Positions 19,972 to 30,165 of a DNA stretch of 64,000 nt are shown here, piece by piece. The DNA comes from Thainema sp. GTDB lineage: Bacteria; Cyanobacteriota; Cyanobacteriia; Phormidesmidales; Phormidesmidaceae. The notes beneath the pieces are model-generated. The model made no database searches and had not been told where the DNA came from. It worked only from the letters and a program-made list of their open reading frames with translations. Every line of letters starts with the position of its first letter. Within the stretch, counting starts at the first letter, position 1. The position numbers were made by a program, and so were the translations under genes. Location of the stretch: NCBI GenBank assembly GCA_052168235.1, contig JBQLZK010000006.1:32001-96000 (forward strand), written 5' to 3'.

Positions 19972-20925
19972 ATGAAATTAACTCAGGGGACAAGAAAGTT
20001 CGGGGGACGCATTGTCTTATCCGTTCTGATTGACATCGCAATGGCCGGACTTCTGTACGTGACCTTGAATTGGATCGTTGCACTGATATCCCTCTTGTGC
20101 GGATTTTTCTCTATTTGGGTGAAAAATCTAGCCCTTAGTGACGGTACGAAGAATTTTTGGCTTCAAGTTAGTTCACTGGTTTTCATGACGGTATTCCTAA
20201 CCGCTGTCGTAGCCTCGCTGTGGAGTTGGATAGCCGCGATCTCAGTTTTGGTTTTGGGTGGGTTTGTCATTATTTGGTTTGTCGGATTTGTCAAAACCGC
20301 CTTGCTCAATGCCTTACCAAACGAATGGAACGGCGAACTGACTCGCCCCGAAGACTGTCTTTGGCTAGATCAAGACTGGCTACGACAGCAAACCCAAGCG
20401 CTAGAAAACATCGGCTTTCAGCACCTCCAAGACTATCGCATCCCCGAACAGCCCACCTTTGGTCGCTGCATGGTTCATCCACAGCATCAGTGCTATGCCG
20501 AAATTGGGGTTGTCTACAGTCCCGCAGGCGAACGAATTAGCGAGACTGTTGTGATTACCAGTGTGCTGACGGATGATTGGACAATTGTCCACGTCAACCG
20601 CGATGTGAATCTGCTATCGGAAAGCATGCTCTGTCTGTGGCGACATCCCAAATCACTCTCTGTCGTGCAAGTACATCCCACACTGGCAAGCTTGTTAGAT
20701 GCCCACCTGCAATTTCGCGATCGCATGCAGTGCGATCTGGGTATTTCAGTTCTTCCAGATTCCTCTTGGGACGCGTATGTGCAGCTCGAGCGGTACGGAG
20801 TAGTTCATCGTAACCAAGCTTTGAAGCGGACGAATTTATTGTTAGGTATGCTCAATGTGGCCAGATTTGAACTCAATCCTCCATCTCAATGGCTGGGCGA
20901 CTATGGCAAAAAACTGAAGGCATAA
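19972..20925 (+). CDS. Hypothetical membrane protein
   Basis: 317 aa; hydrophobic N-terminal third and soluble C-terminal domain. Confidence 0.75.
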   Translation: MKLTQGTRKFGGRIVLSVLIDIAMAGLLYVTLNWIVALISLLCGFFSIWVKNLALSDGTKNFWLQVSSLVFMTVFLTAVVASLWSWIAAISVLVLGGFVIIWFVGFVKTALLNALPNEWNGELTRPEDCLWLDQDWLRQQTQALENIGFQHLQDYRIPEQPTFGRCMVHPQHQCYAEIGVVYSPAGERISETVVITSVLTDDWTIVHVNRDVNLLSESMLCLWRHPKSLSVVQVHPTLASLLDAHLQFRDRMQCDLGISVLPDSSWDAYVQLERYGVVHRNQALKRTNLLLGMLNVARFELNPPSQWLGDYGKKLKA

Positions 20926-20961
20926 GCCACACTGGGAGCACAAGTAGCTCAAGGTAAATCC

Positions 20962-21450
20962 ATGAAACCTCTGCGACTGTCTCCCCCCCTTTACCTGGGG
21001 ATTGCCATGATTGCGATCGCAGTTTTAGTGTCGAGTTGTGGCAGTCCTCCCACCGATTCCACGCAACCGACCGTTCCCAGTGAGCCGACTGAATCCGCTG
21101 AGACGAGCCCCGCTGCCACCGAACCCGCTCCCACACCGTCTGAAACACCCCAACCAGACAATATGTCCCCAGACCTGTCCCAGAGTACCAACGTGCCGGA
21201 TCAGGTGGTTAATCAGGTTAAAACTGCGATCGCGCAGTCAGCGGATGTCTCTACTGAGGCCATTCAAATTACCAGCGCCGAACCTCAAACCTGGCCCAAT
21301 GGCTGTCTAGGACTAGCCAGCGCCGATGAATTTTGTACCCAGATGCTCGTCGAAGGCTGGCGCATCGAAGCAACTGACGGTGAAACAACCTGGATTTATC
21401 GCACAGATGCCACCGGATCTCAGGTTCGCCAAGAAACAAGGATGACTTAA
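20962..21450 (+). CDS. Putative lipoprotein
   Basis: Lipobox VSSC, Pro/Thr-rich linker, WPNGCLGL...CTQMLVEGW domain. Confidence 0.8.
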   Translation: MKPLRLSPPLYLGIAMIAIAVLVSSCGSPPTDSTQPTVPSEPTESAETSPAATEPAPTPSETPQPDNMSPDLSQSTNVPDQVVNQVKTAIAQSADVSTEAIQITSAEPQTWPNGCLGLASADEFCTQMLVEGWRIEATDGETTWIYRTDATGSQVRQETRMT

Positions 21451-22064
21451 TCCTGCACAGACTCAGGTGATTCAACGGGTTCAGCGGGTTCAAATTCAAC
21501 TTTGTCGTAAATATCGGCCAGCGCGATCGCAAATTCCATCACCGCGAACTCAACCGTATCGTCAGGCTGATTATATTCCTGAAACACCCACTGCTTCTCA
21601 CCTGTTTTGGCATAGTGTTCGACCAGATAAGCATACTGATCGACCAAGATATATTCTTGAAAACCAAGGATGGTGCGATAGGCGGCAAACTTGTCGCCCC
21701 GGTCGTCGTTGCGGGTTGATTGGGAGAGCACTTCGATGATCAGCACGGGATTGGTAATCGTGTCTCGCCGCCCTTCTTTATAAGCCAGCTCTCCCGCAAC
21801 CACCATCACGTCTGGATAGGTGTAAATTTGCGGCTCAGGAATCCAGAGCCGCTGATCGGCTACAAATACCTCATAGGATTGTCCACGCAAACCCATCGTC
21901 AGCGCTGTGCATAGATTGCGGATAATGCGATTGTGATTCGGTGTTCCACCTGTCATTGGGATCATGTCTCCCCGAATGTATTCATGGCGGATTTTGGACT
22001 CCAGTTCCCGTGCAAAATACTCATCGGCAGAATAGGTGCGGGAGGCTTGGGCTTGAGCAACCAT
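21447..22064 (-). CDS. Uma2-family endonuclease-fold protein
   Basis: RHEYIRG, YPDVMV, IIEVLSQST, EYILVDQ. Confidence 0.92.
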   Translation of the reverse strand: MVAQAQASRTYSADEYFARELESKIRHEYIRGDMIPMTGGTPNHNRIIRNLCTALTMGLRGQSYEVFVADQRLWIPEPQIYTYPDVMVVAGELAYKEGRRDTITNPVLIIEVLSQSTRNDDRGDKFAAYRTILGFQEYILVDQYAYLVEHYAKTGEKQWVFQEYNQPDDTVEFAVMEFAIALADIYDKVEFEPAEPVESPESVQD

Positions 22065-22124
22065 GATGTAACTCTCCTCAGGAGGTTTACGCTTTGACCA
22101 TATCACTTTTGCCAAGGCTGGCGT

Positions 22125-23705
22125 TTAGGATTCTGATTTGGGTTGAACCTCTTGCATCAGTGGGGCCAACTCGTCTTTGAGCCGTCCAGCGCGAATGAAC
22201 TGGGCGTAGGTATCAGACTCAATCGCCAGCAGTTCCTCCATCACTTCTTCTTCTTCGTATTGAGCCAGATCCGGATGTTCGCGTCTCAGTTTGGCTAGGT
22301 CTTCTTTTACATCAGTAATCTGTCCCTGCACCAGCGCTTTTTGATAGTTGTAGAACTCTTCGTCGATTTCTTGACGAGTCATCATTTGGTTGAGCCGATC
22401 CAGAACGCGATTCATGGCAACCCGCCGAGCGGACGCTTGGGAATAGGCCAATCGCAGTGGCTGATCGCCGAGCAGATTAAGCCGTTCCAGCAGGGATTTT
22501 GTGGTTAAACCCTGTACCAACAGGGTAAACAGCATGACGCCAAAGACAATGGCGATAATTTCTTCTCGCTGCTCCAGAATTTCCGGAACGCTCAGCGCCA
22601 GTGCTACAGAAACGGAACCGCGCAGACCACCCCACCAGAGAACGGTTTGATCGGGGATGGTGATTTTAGAATCTACAGCCCAGTTGCTGAATAGTCCCAG
22701 AGCAAAGATGCTGAGCGCACGAGTGGCGATGAGGATGATGATTGCGATCGCAATTAAATCTAAGTTCTCACCCAAACTGGCAAAGCGCACCTGATCGCCA
22801 ATCAGCAAAAATACAATCGAGTTGACGAAGAAGGCTAAAAACTCCCAAAACTCAGACACAACCAGGCGAGTGCGAGCATTCATACCGATGCGGGAGCCAA
22901 AGTTACCTAGGATTAAGCCAACCGTGACAACGCCGATGACGCCAGAACCACCTAGTTCTTCGGCAATTAGGTACGTACCATAGGCGGAGACGAGCGTCAG
23001 GGATTGTTCGACTAGGGGCAAATCAAACCGCTGAGTCAAGAACGAAATGCCGAAGCCAATCAGTCCACCAATGCTGATGCCCACGCCGACAAATACAAAG
23101 AAGCGGGCTAGGCTAACGGGAATATCAAAGCTTTCGACTCCCAGCGCTAGACCCAACAACAGATTAAACGCGACAACGGCAACGCCGTCGTTGAACAGAC
23201 TTTCCCCTTCCATCAGGGTCGTGAGCCGCTTGCTGACCCCCAGTTCTCGAAAGAGCGCGACGACGGAAACCGGATCGGTCGCTGACAGACTGGCTCCAAC
23301 CAGCAGCGCTGTTGCCAGCGATGCACCCGCCAAATACTGTAGACCACCGACCAGTCCGACGATGCAAATAATCACACCGATAATTGCATAGAGCGTAATC
23401 GGAATCAGGTCGTTCTTCAGATTGCTCCACTTAATATTCCAAGCGGCTTCAAACAGCAGTGGCGGCAAAAAGATAAATAGAATTAACTCCGGTGATAAAT
23501 TGACCAGCCGCACATCTACGATCGCAAGTGCGAGACCGACAATCAGCAACAGCAATGTGTAGGGAATATTGCGCAACCAGCTAGAGACCCGCGACAGCGT
23601 TGCCACGCCCAACGAGACGGACAGCACGAGCAAAAACTGCTTTAGATTTTGTTCGATGGCTGCATCATTAACGGCGGCAGTCGCCAGCGTGATAATTTCG
23701 TGCAT
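22125..23705 (-). CDS. CPA1-family Na+/H+ antiporter
   Basis: FLPPLLFEA, SATDPVSV, EGESLFNDG, WGGLRG. Confidence 0.95.
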   Translation of the reverse strand: MHEIITLATAAVNDAAIEQNLKQFLLVLSVSLGVATLSRVSSWLRNIPYTLLLLIVGLALAIVDVRLVNLSPELILFIFLPPLLFEAAWNIKWSNLKNDLIPITLYAIIGVIICIVGLVGGLQYLAGASLATALLVGASLSATDPVSVVALFRELGVSKRLTTLMEGESLFNDGVAVVAFNLLLGLALGVESFDIPVSLARFFVFVGVGISIGGLIGFGISFLTQRFDLPLVEQSLTLVSAYGTYLIAEELGGSGVIGVVTVGLILGNFGSRIGMNARTRLVVSEFWEFLAFFVNSIVFLLIGDQVRFASLGENLDLIAIAIIILIATRALSIFALGLFSNWAVDSKITIPDQTVLWWGGLRGSVSVALALSVPEILEQREEIIAIVFGVMLFTLLVQGLTTKSLLERLNLLGDQPLRLAYSQASARRVAMNRVLDRLNQMMTRQEIDEEFYNYQKALVQGQITDVKEDLAKLRREHPDLAQYEEEEVMEELLAIESDTYAQFIRAGRLKDELAPLMQEVQPKSES

Positions 23706-23752
23706 AAGCGTTTGTTCTCCTCACATTTCGCCAGATGAGTGGCCGCATGACC

Positions 23753-23829
23753 ATAAATGCAGAGTTCCAAAAAGCCGGGGGAGCGCCCCGGAGGGGCGCT
23801 CCCCCGGCTTTTTGGAACTCTGCATTTAT
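23753..23829. repeat. Perfect 77-bp palindrome (37-bp arms, GGA loop)
   Basis: ATAAATGCAGAGTTCCAAAAAGCCGGGGGAGCGCCCC-GGA followed by its exact reverse complement. Confidence 0.95.
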
Positions 23830-24086
23830 TGCTGCAACCTACTACCACACCCCGCATTTTATCTGGCATCTGCCATTTAGGCAGGAGACTTTGGATAGGT
23901 AACAGAAATGCGAACTCACAACTTGCACTTTCCCGACTCAGCACCCAAAGCGGTTATTGGGCGCAGGCTATGAATCGACCTCAAACGACTGCGCCCAAAC
24001 ATCCTGCATCATCGCAGTCGGCAATGTAGCCCCTACAACACTGATTCTGACGAGACAGCCGCCATGATTGAGAGCAAGAACATTAT

Positions 24087-26030
24087 TTGAATGCATTTGA
24101 GTGCCGATTCCTGATTATGTGTCATCCCAAAATCGGTTTTTGGCAGGGCAGTCCTGGTTCTCTTTCTAGACGCTTATGCCTTGTTGGACTGTTTTTGCTC
24201 ACGGCTCTTATTATCGGTTTGAATTCTGTCACTAATCCTTTGGCTATGTCTGCTTCAACCCCTGGTTTATTAACGGATCCCTTTCTCCAGCTACCAACTG
24301 CTGATTCCGTCAACGTGGTTTGGTTTACGGAGTTTGTAGGGCAAGGGCATACGGTGGCCTACGGCAGAGACCTGGAGCAAACGGTTGAAGCCGTTACCAC
24401 TCAGCTCAGTCGCACCCGTGAAGACAGTAAATCTAAGATCAGTAATCCCCCCGCAACGCCGACTCCACGACCGATTTGGCGACATGAGGCGACGGTAACA
24501 GGGTTAGGATCAAAGACCCGCATCCCCTATCGAGTTACCAGCATTACCGATCAGGGCGAAACGATTCAGAGCAGAACGTTTACCCTAGCGCCAGCGCCAC
24601 AGACGGGGGCTGACTTAAAGATCTTGCTCACCTCTGATCACCAGTTGATGCCGATGACGGCTGCTAATCTGCAAAAGGTGGAGGAAACCGTTGGTCGAGT
24701 CGATGCGGTGTTTCTAGCGGGCGATTTGATTAATATCCCCGATCGCGCATCCGAGTGGTTTGACGATCAGCGAGGCGGTGCGTTTTTCCCAGCTTTACAG
24801 GGGCGTGGGCACTATCAACTGGAGAAAGAGGAGCAGACGAGGGTCTATCGGGGTGGAGAAATTATTCAACATGCGCCGCTGTTTATTGCCGTGGGCAATC
24901 ATGAGGTGATGGGACGGTTTTCGGATCAGAAACTCTTAGGTCAGCAGTTTAATGATCCTGTTCCCAAATGGGTTGCAGCGGAACGATACCAGCAGCAGGA
25001 AAAGGCTGTTAATCCTCGAAAAGATCCCGATATCCGTCAAGCCTGGATTAAATCCGCTTCGTTTAATACCGATACCGTTGAGGAAATCTTTTCCCTGCCG
25101 CCCGATCGACCGGAGGGCAAAAACTACTATGCTGTCACCTTTGGCGACGTTCGCCTGATCGTTCTCTACGCCACCAATATTTGGCGGGTTCCCAACTTAT
25201 CGCCCAACGGTAGCGGTCGCTATGTTGAGGCATCAGCGCAGCTCAATCAACCAGAAGAATGGGGTTATGGGCAGCATATTTTTGAACCGATTGGTAAAGG
25301 CAGCGATCAGTACAACTGGCTGGTCAAAGAGCTGAATCGGCCTGAGTTTCAGCAGGCTCGCTACAAGATCGTCATGTTCCACCATCCGCCCCACACCCTC
25401 GGCGGCAACATCGTGCCTGCCTACACTGACCCGGTGCAGATTATTGAGCGGGACAACACGGGCAACATTACCGCCGTTCGCTACGAGTATCCCAAAGATC
25501 AGGACTACCTGATTCGCGATGTGGTGCCACTGCTGGAACAAGCGGGCGTTCAACTGGTGTACTTCGGCCACTCCCACATTTGGAATCGCTTCGTCAGCCC
25601 CAACGGCCTGCACTTTTTGGAATCGTCCAACGTGGGCAACACCTATCAGGCCCATCTAGAAGATAATCCGCGCGAAGTACCCGATCAGCGCTGGCAGGAA
25701 GAGTATGCGGCAGTGGGCGACCCGAACGGTCTAGAGCCAATCATGCCAACCATTAGTCCAGTACTCGACGAAGAAACCAATCAGCCAATGCCCTACATCG
25801 CCAGCAACGACATCACTGTATTCAGCATCCTAGAAACGAAAACCGGAACCATCAGCAGCTATCGGTTTGATACTCGAAAACCGGATTCCCCAGTCGAGAA
25901 ATTTGACGCATTCGAGATTGCACCCGCAACATCTAATTTGCTTTCCACTGCTCCAGCGTCTTTTGCCGTATTAATAGGCGCGATCGCACTTTCCCTGACA
26001 ACCCTCTGGATCATGGCTTCAGTTGCCTGA
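24087..26030 (+). CDS. Secreted or membrane-anchored metallophosphoesterase, purple-acid-phosphatase-like (start uncertain)
   Basis: TSDHQ, AGDL, GNHE, MFHHP, GHSH; hydrophobic segments at both termini. Confidence 0.88.
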   Translation: MNAFECRFLIMCHPKIGFWQGSPGSLSRRLCLVGLFLLTALIIGLNSVTNPLAMSASTPGLLTDPFLQLPTADSVNVVWFTEFVGQGHTVAYGRDLEQTVEAVTTQLSRTREDSKSKISNPPATPTPRPIWRHEATVTGLGSKTRIPYRVTSITDQGETIQSRTFTLAPAPQTGADLKILLTSDHQLMPMTAANLQKVEETVGRVDAVFLAGDLINIPDRASEWFDDQRGGAFFPALQGRGHYQLEKEEQTRVYRGGEIIQHAPLFIAVGNHEVMGRFSDQKLLGQQFNDPVPKWVAAERYQQQEKAVNPRKDPDIRQAWIKSASFNTDTVEEIFSLPPDRPEGKNYYAVTFGDVRLIVLYATNIWRVPNLSPNGSGRYVEASAQLNQPEEWGYGQHIFEPIGKGSDQYNWLVKELNRPEFQQARYKIVMFHHPPHTLGGNIVPAYTDPVQIIERDNTGNITAVRYEYPKDQDYLIRDVVPLLEQAGVQLVYFGHSHIWNRFVSPNGLHFLESSNVGNTYQAHLEDNPREVPDQRWQEEYAAVGDPNGLEPIMPTISPVLDEETNQPMPYIASNDITVFSILETKTGTISSYRFDTRKPDSPVEKFDAFEIAPATSNLLSTAPASFAVLIGAIALSLTTLWIMASVA

Positions 26031-26085
26031 CTTGAAACATTACAAATATATTTATTAGCTTTGCGATCGTCATTTCAATTTCACT

Positions 26086-26739
26086 ATGGACTCTCTTAAA
26101 CAATCCTTGGCTAGAATTTTAAACATTTGGCAAGAAGACAGAGAAGACCTAATTCCGCATCTTCAGCCAGGTCTTTCTACTGAGGAAATCCAAGAGCAAA
26201 TTTCAAAATTTTCACTTCAACTACCCGAAGAAGTGTATGAGCTTTATCGATGGCGAAATGGTGTCAACCAGTTAAAAGCATTTGGTGCGAATACGGATTT
26301 TTTGCCGGGTGGGTTAATTTTTTTATCGCTTGAAGAAGCATTACAAGCTTATCAACACATTGATGAGTACCGACAATTAGTTATTTCTATAGACGAAAAA
26401 GATGAAAATGCTTGTAGACCCTGGTTTCCTCTTTTCGGCAGCGATGGCTCGTACTTGGTTGTGTTTGGTGATGTAGCGCCCCAAGAAACTTCGCCGATAT
26501 TTGACTTATATATTGAAGGAGGTAGTCCAATTAGCCTGAAATACCAAAATCTGACCGAGTTGATGTCGATTACAGCAGAATGCTACGAAACGGGTGCTTA
26601 TTACTTTGAAACAGAGGTGGTTGATAATTTTGGTACTGTTATTGAGTATCTAGTTGCAGATGAACAGGAAGTCGCTCAAATCAGACGATGCCACAATCTC
26701 AAGAAGCTAGGAATTCAATTGAAAGACCAAATCATGTAA
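26086..26739 (+). CDS. SMI1/KNR4 (SUKH) family protein
   Basis: LQPGLSTEEI...LPEEVYELYRWRNG...FLSLEEA...WFPLF. Confidence 0.85.
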   Translation: MDSLKQSLARILNIWQEDREDLIPHLQPGLSTEEIQEQISKFSLQLPEEVYELYRWRNGVNQLKAFGANTDFLPGGLIFLSLEEALQAYQHIDEYRQLVISIDEKDENACRPWFPLFGSDGSYLVVFGDVAPQETSPIFDLYIEGGSPISLKYQNLTELMSITAECYETGAYYFETEVVDNFGTVIEYLVADEQEVAQIRRCHNLKKLGIQLKDQIM

Positions 26740-26813
26740 GTTAGGCTCCGTATTTCGCCTGTTTTCTAAACTGGGTTTAAAGTTGAAATAGCAGCAGCAA
26801 CGGCATAACTCCC

Positions 26814-27392
26814 ATGACAAGCGTTTTAGACCAAACCAAATATCTAACGATGGAGGAGTATTTGGCCTATGACGATGGCACGGATACTCGCTATGAATTA
26901 GTGGATGGAGAACTGGCCGAGATGCCACCGGAATCAGATGAGAATTTGAACATCGCCAGACGGCTGTTTTTGGAATTGATTAAGCATCTGCCACCCGAGC
27001 GAGTAGTTTGGGGTACAGAAGTCGAAGTTACGGGGAAACGAGCGCGCTGTCGTTTGCCAGATTTGCTGGTGCATACGGAAGAATCCAAAGCAGCACTGGC
27101 TGGGGCTAAGCGAGCGACCATTACACGGGATATGCCGCCCCCAGCGCTAGTAATTGAAATTGTGTCACCAGGGCAAACGAATAGAGATCGCGACTACCGC
27201 TATAAGTATGCTGAGTATGCCGCACGGGGAATTGATGAATACTGGATTGTCGATCCAGAAACGCGACAGGTGACGCTGTGTCGCTGGGTGAATGGACTCT
27301 ACGAAGACACCGTCTTTCAAGTAGCCGAACCGATCAAGTCTGAGCTAGTGCCGAAATTTGGCCTGGCGGTGAAGGATGTTTTTGCGGGATAA
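26814..27392 (+). CDS. Uma2-family endonuclease-fold protein
   Basis: [29 protein letters not shown]. Confidence 0.92.
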   Translation: MTSVLDQTKYLTMEEYLAYDDGTDTRYELVDGELAEMPPESDENLNIARRLFLELIKHLPPERVVWGTEVEVTGKRARCRLPDLLVHTEESKAALAGAKRATITRDMPPPALVIEIVSPGQTNRDRDYRYKYAEYAARGIDEYWIVDPETRQVTLCRWVNGLYEDTVFQVAEPIKSELVPKFGLAVKDVFAG

Positions 27393-27417
27393 GCGATTAT
27401 AGGAACCAGTACCAAGA

Positions 27418-27452
27418 ATGACAAAAGCCCCGCTCAGCGGGGCTTTTGTCGT
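27418..27452. terminator. Bidirectional terminator-like hairpin
   Basis: GACAAAAGCCCCGCT-C-AGCGGGGCTTTTGTC between convergent genes. Confidence 0.75.
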
Positions 27453-27483
27453 GGATTATTCAGCGTTTTGGGGTCAGCCTCGG

Positions 27484-29349
27484 TTAAAACTGAATCAAGT
27501 TGCCATTGATGCTCTTGAACTCAAAGGTGCCGACCTCTTCTCGATAGGTACGTCGGGTATCCCGCAGCATACTGACGGCTAGCGTCTCGCCCAGCAGGTT
27601 ACCACCCGTTGGAATACCGACACCGCAGCGATTTGCGCCAGCGTTGGGGCCAGAGATCGTACCGTCTGTGCGCCAGTGCATACCCGCTCCATCCCGGAAG
27701 AGGGTGACGTTGGCGATTAGCTTATTGAGTTCACCGTGGATGGTCAGCGGTTCAGCGCCATCAGGGGTTCTGTAGTCAGCTAGCCGCTGGCCACCCTCGA
27801 CGGGCACTTTAGGACAGGGGAATGGCCCATCCGCATAGTAGGCTTTTGCTACAGTTGCCGCCGCTGCGATGAAGGCCGAGTGACCACCCGGATAAGCGGG
27901 GTGAGTCGGGCAACCTTCGGGGAAGCCCATCGGCAACAGCCAAGTGCCATTGCGATCGCCCCGATCGTGCGTGATATTCTGCTGGCGATTGTGCTCAAAA
28001 ATCAGATCCAGAACCTGAGTTTTGCGCCAAACATCGGCCCCTGCACCAAACAGATCGTTGAACTTCTCGTTGTTCAGGGGATTTGCCGATGCGCCGCCCA
28101 GGACGCCGCGCCGGAAGAGTTCCAGCCGCTGAACATAGACTTCAGGCCGCAGACGACGATGGACACACCACTTCTGGAACCAGGCGTGCTTGAGCGCATA
28201 TACTCCAGCCAATCCAGCCTGAATGGAAACATCTGGCGCACCCAGGCTACCAAATGGAACCGAGGTGGTAATACTGCGATCGCGACCGTAGGGAATAGCG
28301 GCAGAAGGCTTAGCACCTAACCCAGCCAGAATCAGCGTTGCCCACAGCCCAGCCTGATGGGGCAGATCGATATGAACCCACTGTCCGCCATCTCGCAGTG
28401 TGGTGATGTAGCGGCTGCCATCCAGTACATCTCTGCCGGACGTATCGTCGTTGCCATTGTTGATTCGATTCCAGGTGTCCAGGTCGGTCATGTAGTCCAG
28501 ACCAGGCCGAGGATAGTGCTGAATTTGGCGGATTAGCTGGTTGCCGAATTTGAAATCCTGGAGCAGAAACTGTGAGACATGCGGCCCGCGATCGCAACCT
28601 TCATACGGCCCCCGAAACAGCGTTTGGGGCGTGCATTCGAAGCCAAACTCCTGCTCAAATCCCAAACTGTTGAGATCCTCACAGGCTGCCAGAATCAAGC
28701 CGTTAACTGCGCTGTTGGTGTACTGGTCAAACGGAATATCGCGGCAGAGCGCCATCCAGTAGCGTTCTACCATGTCGATGGCCGTGCTGCGACTATCGAA
28801 TGTTGGTGCAGGTGCCATCCGCGCCCCGTTCGAATCATTGCCAATGGACTGATAGGAGTAGGCATTGAGCGGATTCACCTGCTTCCGTACACCGCCGCCC
28901 AGTTGCACCTTTTCAAAGGCTGCTTGAGTGCCTGTTCGGATGGCATCCAGTAGTGAATCCAACGATGTAGCGTTGACTAGACCATTGGCATCATGAGCCA
29001 GAGCCTTGGTGTAGGATGCAAACCCTGGAAAGCCCAGTTTTCTAAACCGTTGCTCATCTCCATTTGCCTCTGGCGGACAAATGTCAAAATCGTCAAACGC
29101 ATCATCCCGCTGCTGGTCACGAACGGTGCTGGCATTGCTGCGACGGTCTTCAAGGTTTTGCGGGTGCAGATGATCTTGCTGGCAGTCTTGCATAAAGGGG
29201 CTCCTCAAGGAATCAGCTTGTAAATCGCTATCGTTATAAAAAGGCAGGCTTACTTTAGGCTCTAAATAAGCCGGAGGTAGTGCAAGCAGAGGCGGCTCTT
29301 CCGGGGGGAACTGCAGCCGTAATAGTCCAAATATCTTCCTGAGATCCAT
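27484..29349 (-). CDS. Vanadium-dependent haloperoxidase, bromoperoxidase-like
   Basis: YWMALCRDIPF, QKWCVHRRLRPE, PEGCPTHPAYPGGH, GELNKL, RDGAGMHWRTD. Confidence 0.92.
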   Translation of the reverse strand: MDLRKIFGLLRLQFPPEEPPLLALPPAYLEPKVSLPFYNDSDLQADSLRSPFMQDCQQDHLHPQNLEDRRSNASTVRDQQRDDAFDDFDICPPEANGDEQRFRKLGFPGFASYTKALAHDANGLVNATSLDSLLDAIRTGTQAAFEKVQLGGGVRKQVNPLNAYSYQSIGNDSNGARMAPAPTFDSRSTAIDMVERYWMALCRDIPFDQYTNSAVNGLILAACEDLNSLGFEQEFGFECTPQTLFRGPYEGCDRGPHVSQFLLQDFKFGNQLIRQIQHYPRPGLDYMTDLDTWNRINNGNDDTSGRDVLDGSRYITTLRDGGQWVHIDLPHQAGLWATLILAGLGAKPSAAIPYGRDRSITTSVPFGSLGAPDVSIQAGLAGVYALKHAWFQKWCVHRRLRPEVYVQRLELFRRGVLGGASANPLNNEKFNDLFGAGADVWRKTQVLDLIFEHNRQQNITHDRGDRNGTWLLPMGFPEGCPTHPAYPGGHSAFIAAAATVAKAYYADGPFPCPKVPVEGGQRLADYRTPDGAEPLTIHGELNKLIANVTLFRDGAGMHWRTDGTISGPNAGANRCGVGIPTGGNLLGETLAVSMLRDTRRTYREEVGTFEFKSINGNLIQF

Positions 29350-29779
29350 AGGACAGATAGGAGGGGAGTAGCAGAACCTTGCGTATCAGGTCTAGTTAAA
29401 AATCGGCATTACTTTTTGTGAAAGGCCGGATTCGTCCGCTTTTCACAGAAAAGTATTGGATTTCTACACACCGACTCGACATCAATCTAGGTTCTTGAGT
29501 CTGTGCAGCTACCCTGATGAGATAAACGAAATAGATGTTGACCAGAGCTACGCAGCGACGCTGTTTTGCTGTTGATTCAATATCGCTAATTTAATGGCGC
29601 TGTCATAAAAAGTACATGCCCCATGTGGGTACTGTTGAAAACCTCGAAATATTTTGCAATTGGATGTAGAGAAAACACCTCTACATCCAATCCATTCTCA
29701 GCTTCAGCAGTCCCTTGGAGCGCTATCCTGGCATTCGCAGCCTAGTCTTTAGGCATCTCAAGTTAACTCAACCAGCCCG

Positions 29780-30067
29780 TTAAACCAACCAGCCCGTTTC
29801 GTCTTCGTCGTGGCGGCGCTGTTGGGCTTCGACAGCATGACGCAGCCGATAGCCGGACTGTCGATCACACCAGAGTTTGATGCCAGATGCGATCGCACGA
29901 TCGCGATCCTCGGTTAAGTGGTCTAATTTGGCCAGCAAATCCGCATCCAGCGTCACCGTGATGGCGACGGAACCTGATGTATTGAGCTGCAGTTCAGACG
30001 AGCGAGAACTCGGTTGAATCGCATGAGAGTTGGATGAACGGACGGGCTGACTATTTTGCTGTCCCAC
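29780..30067 (-). CDS. Hypothetical protein, possible ribbon-helix-helix
   Basis: ITVTLDADLLAKLDHL...RAIASGIKLW. Confidence 0.6.
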   Translation of the reverse strand: MGQQNSQPVRSSNSHAIQPSSRSSELQLNTSGSVAITVTLDADLLAKLDHLTEDRDRAIASGIKLWCDRQSGYRLRHAVEAQQRRHDEDETGWLV

Positions 30068-30165
30068 AAGAATTCCTATACGTAAGTTTTAAGGTTGCAA
30101 CGCTGTGTCCTTGTATAAAAAGCTTGCCTAACAAGCTTTTTATACACATGAATCGATTTTTGCCA

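Noticed and set aside
23569..24029. ORFs on both strands sharing the peptide CRVPKSRGSAP
   Set aside because: Artefact of translating the perfect palindrome at 23753-23829
21447..27392. Uma2 genes as a restriction or defence system
   Set aside because: This family is highly expanded and scattered in cyanobacteria; no partner genes here
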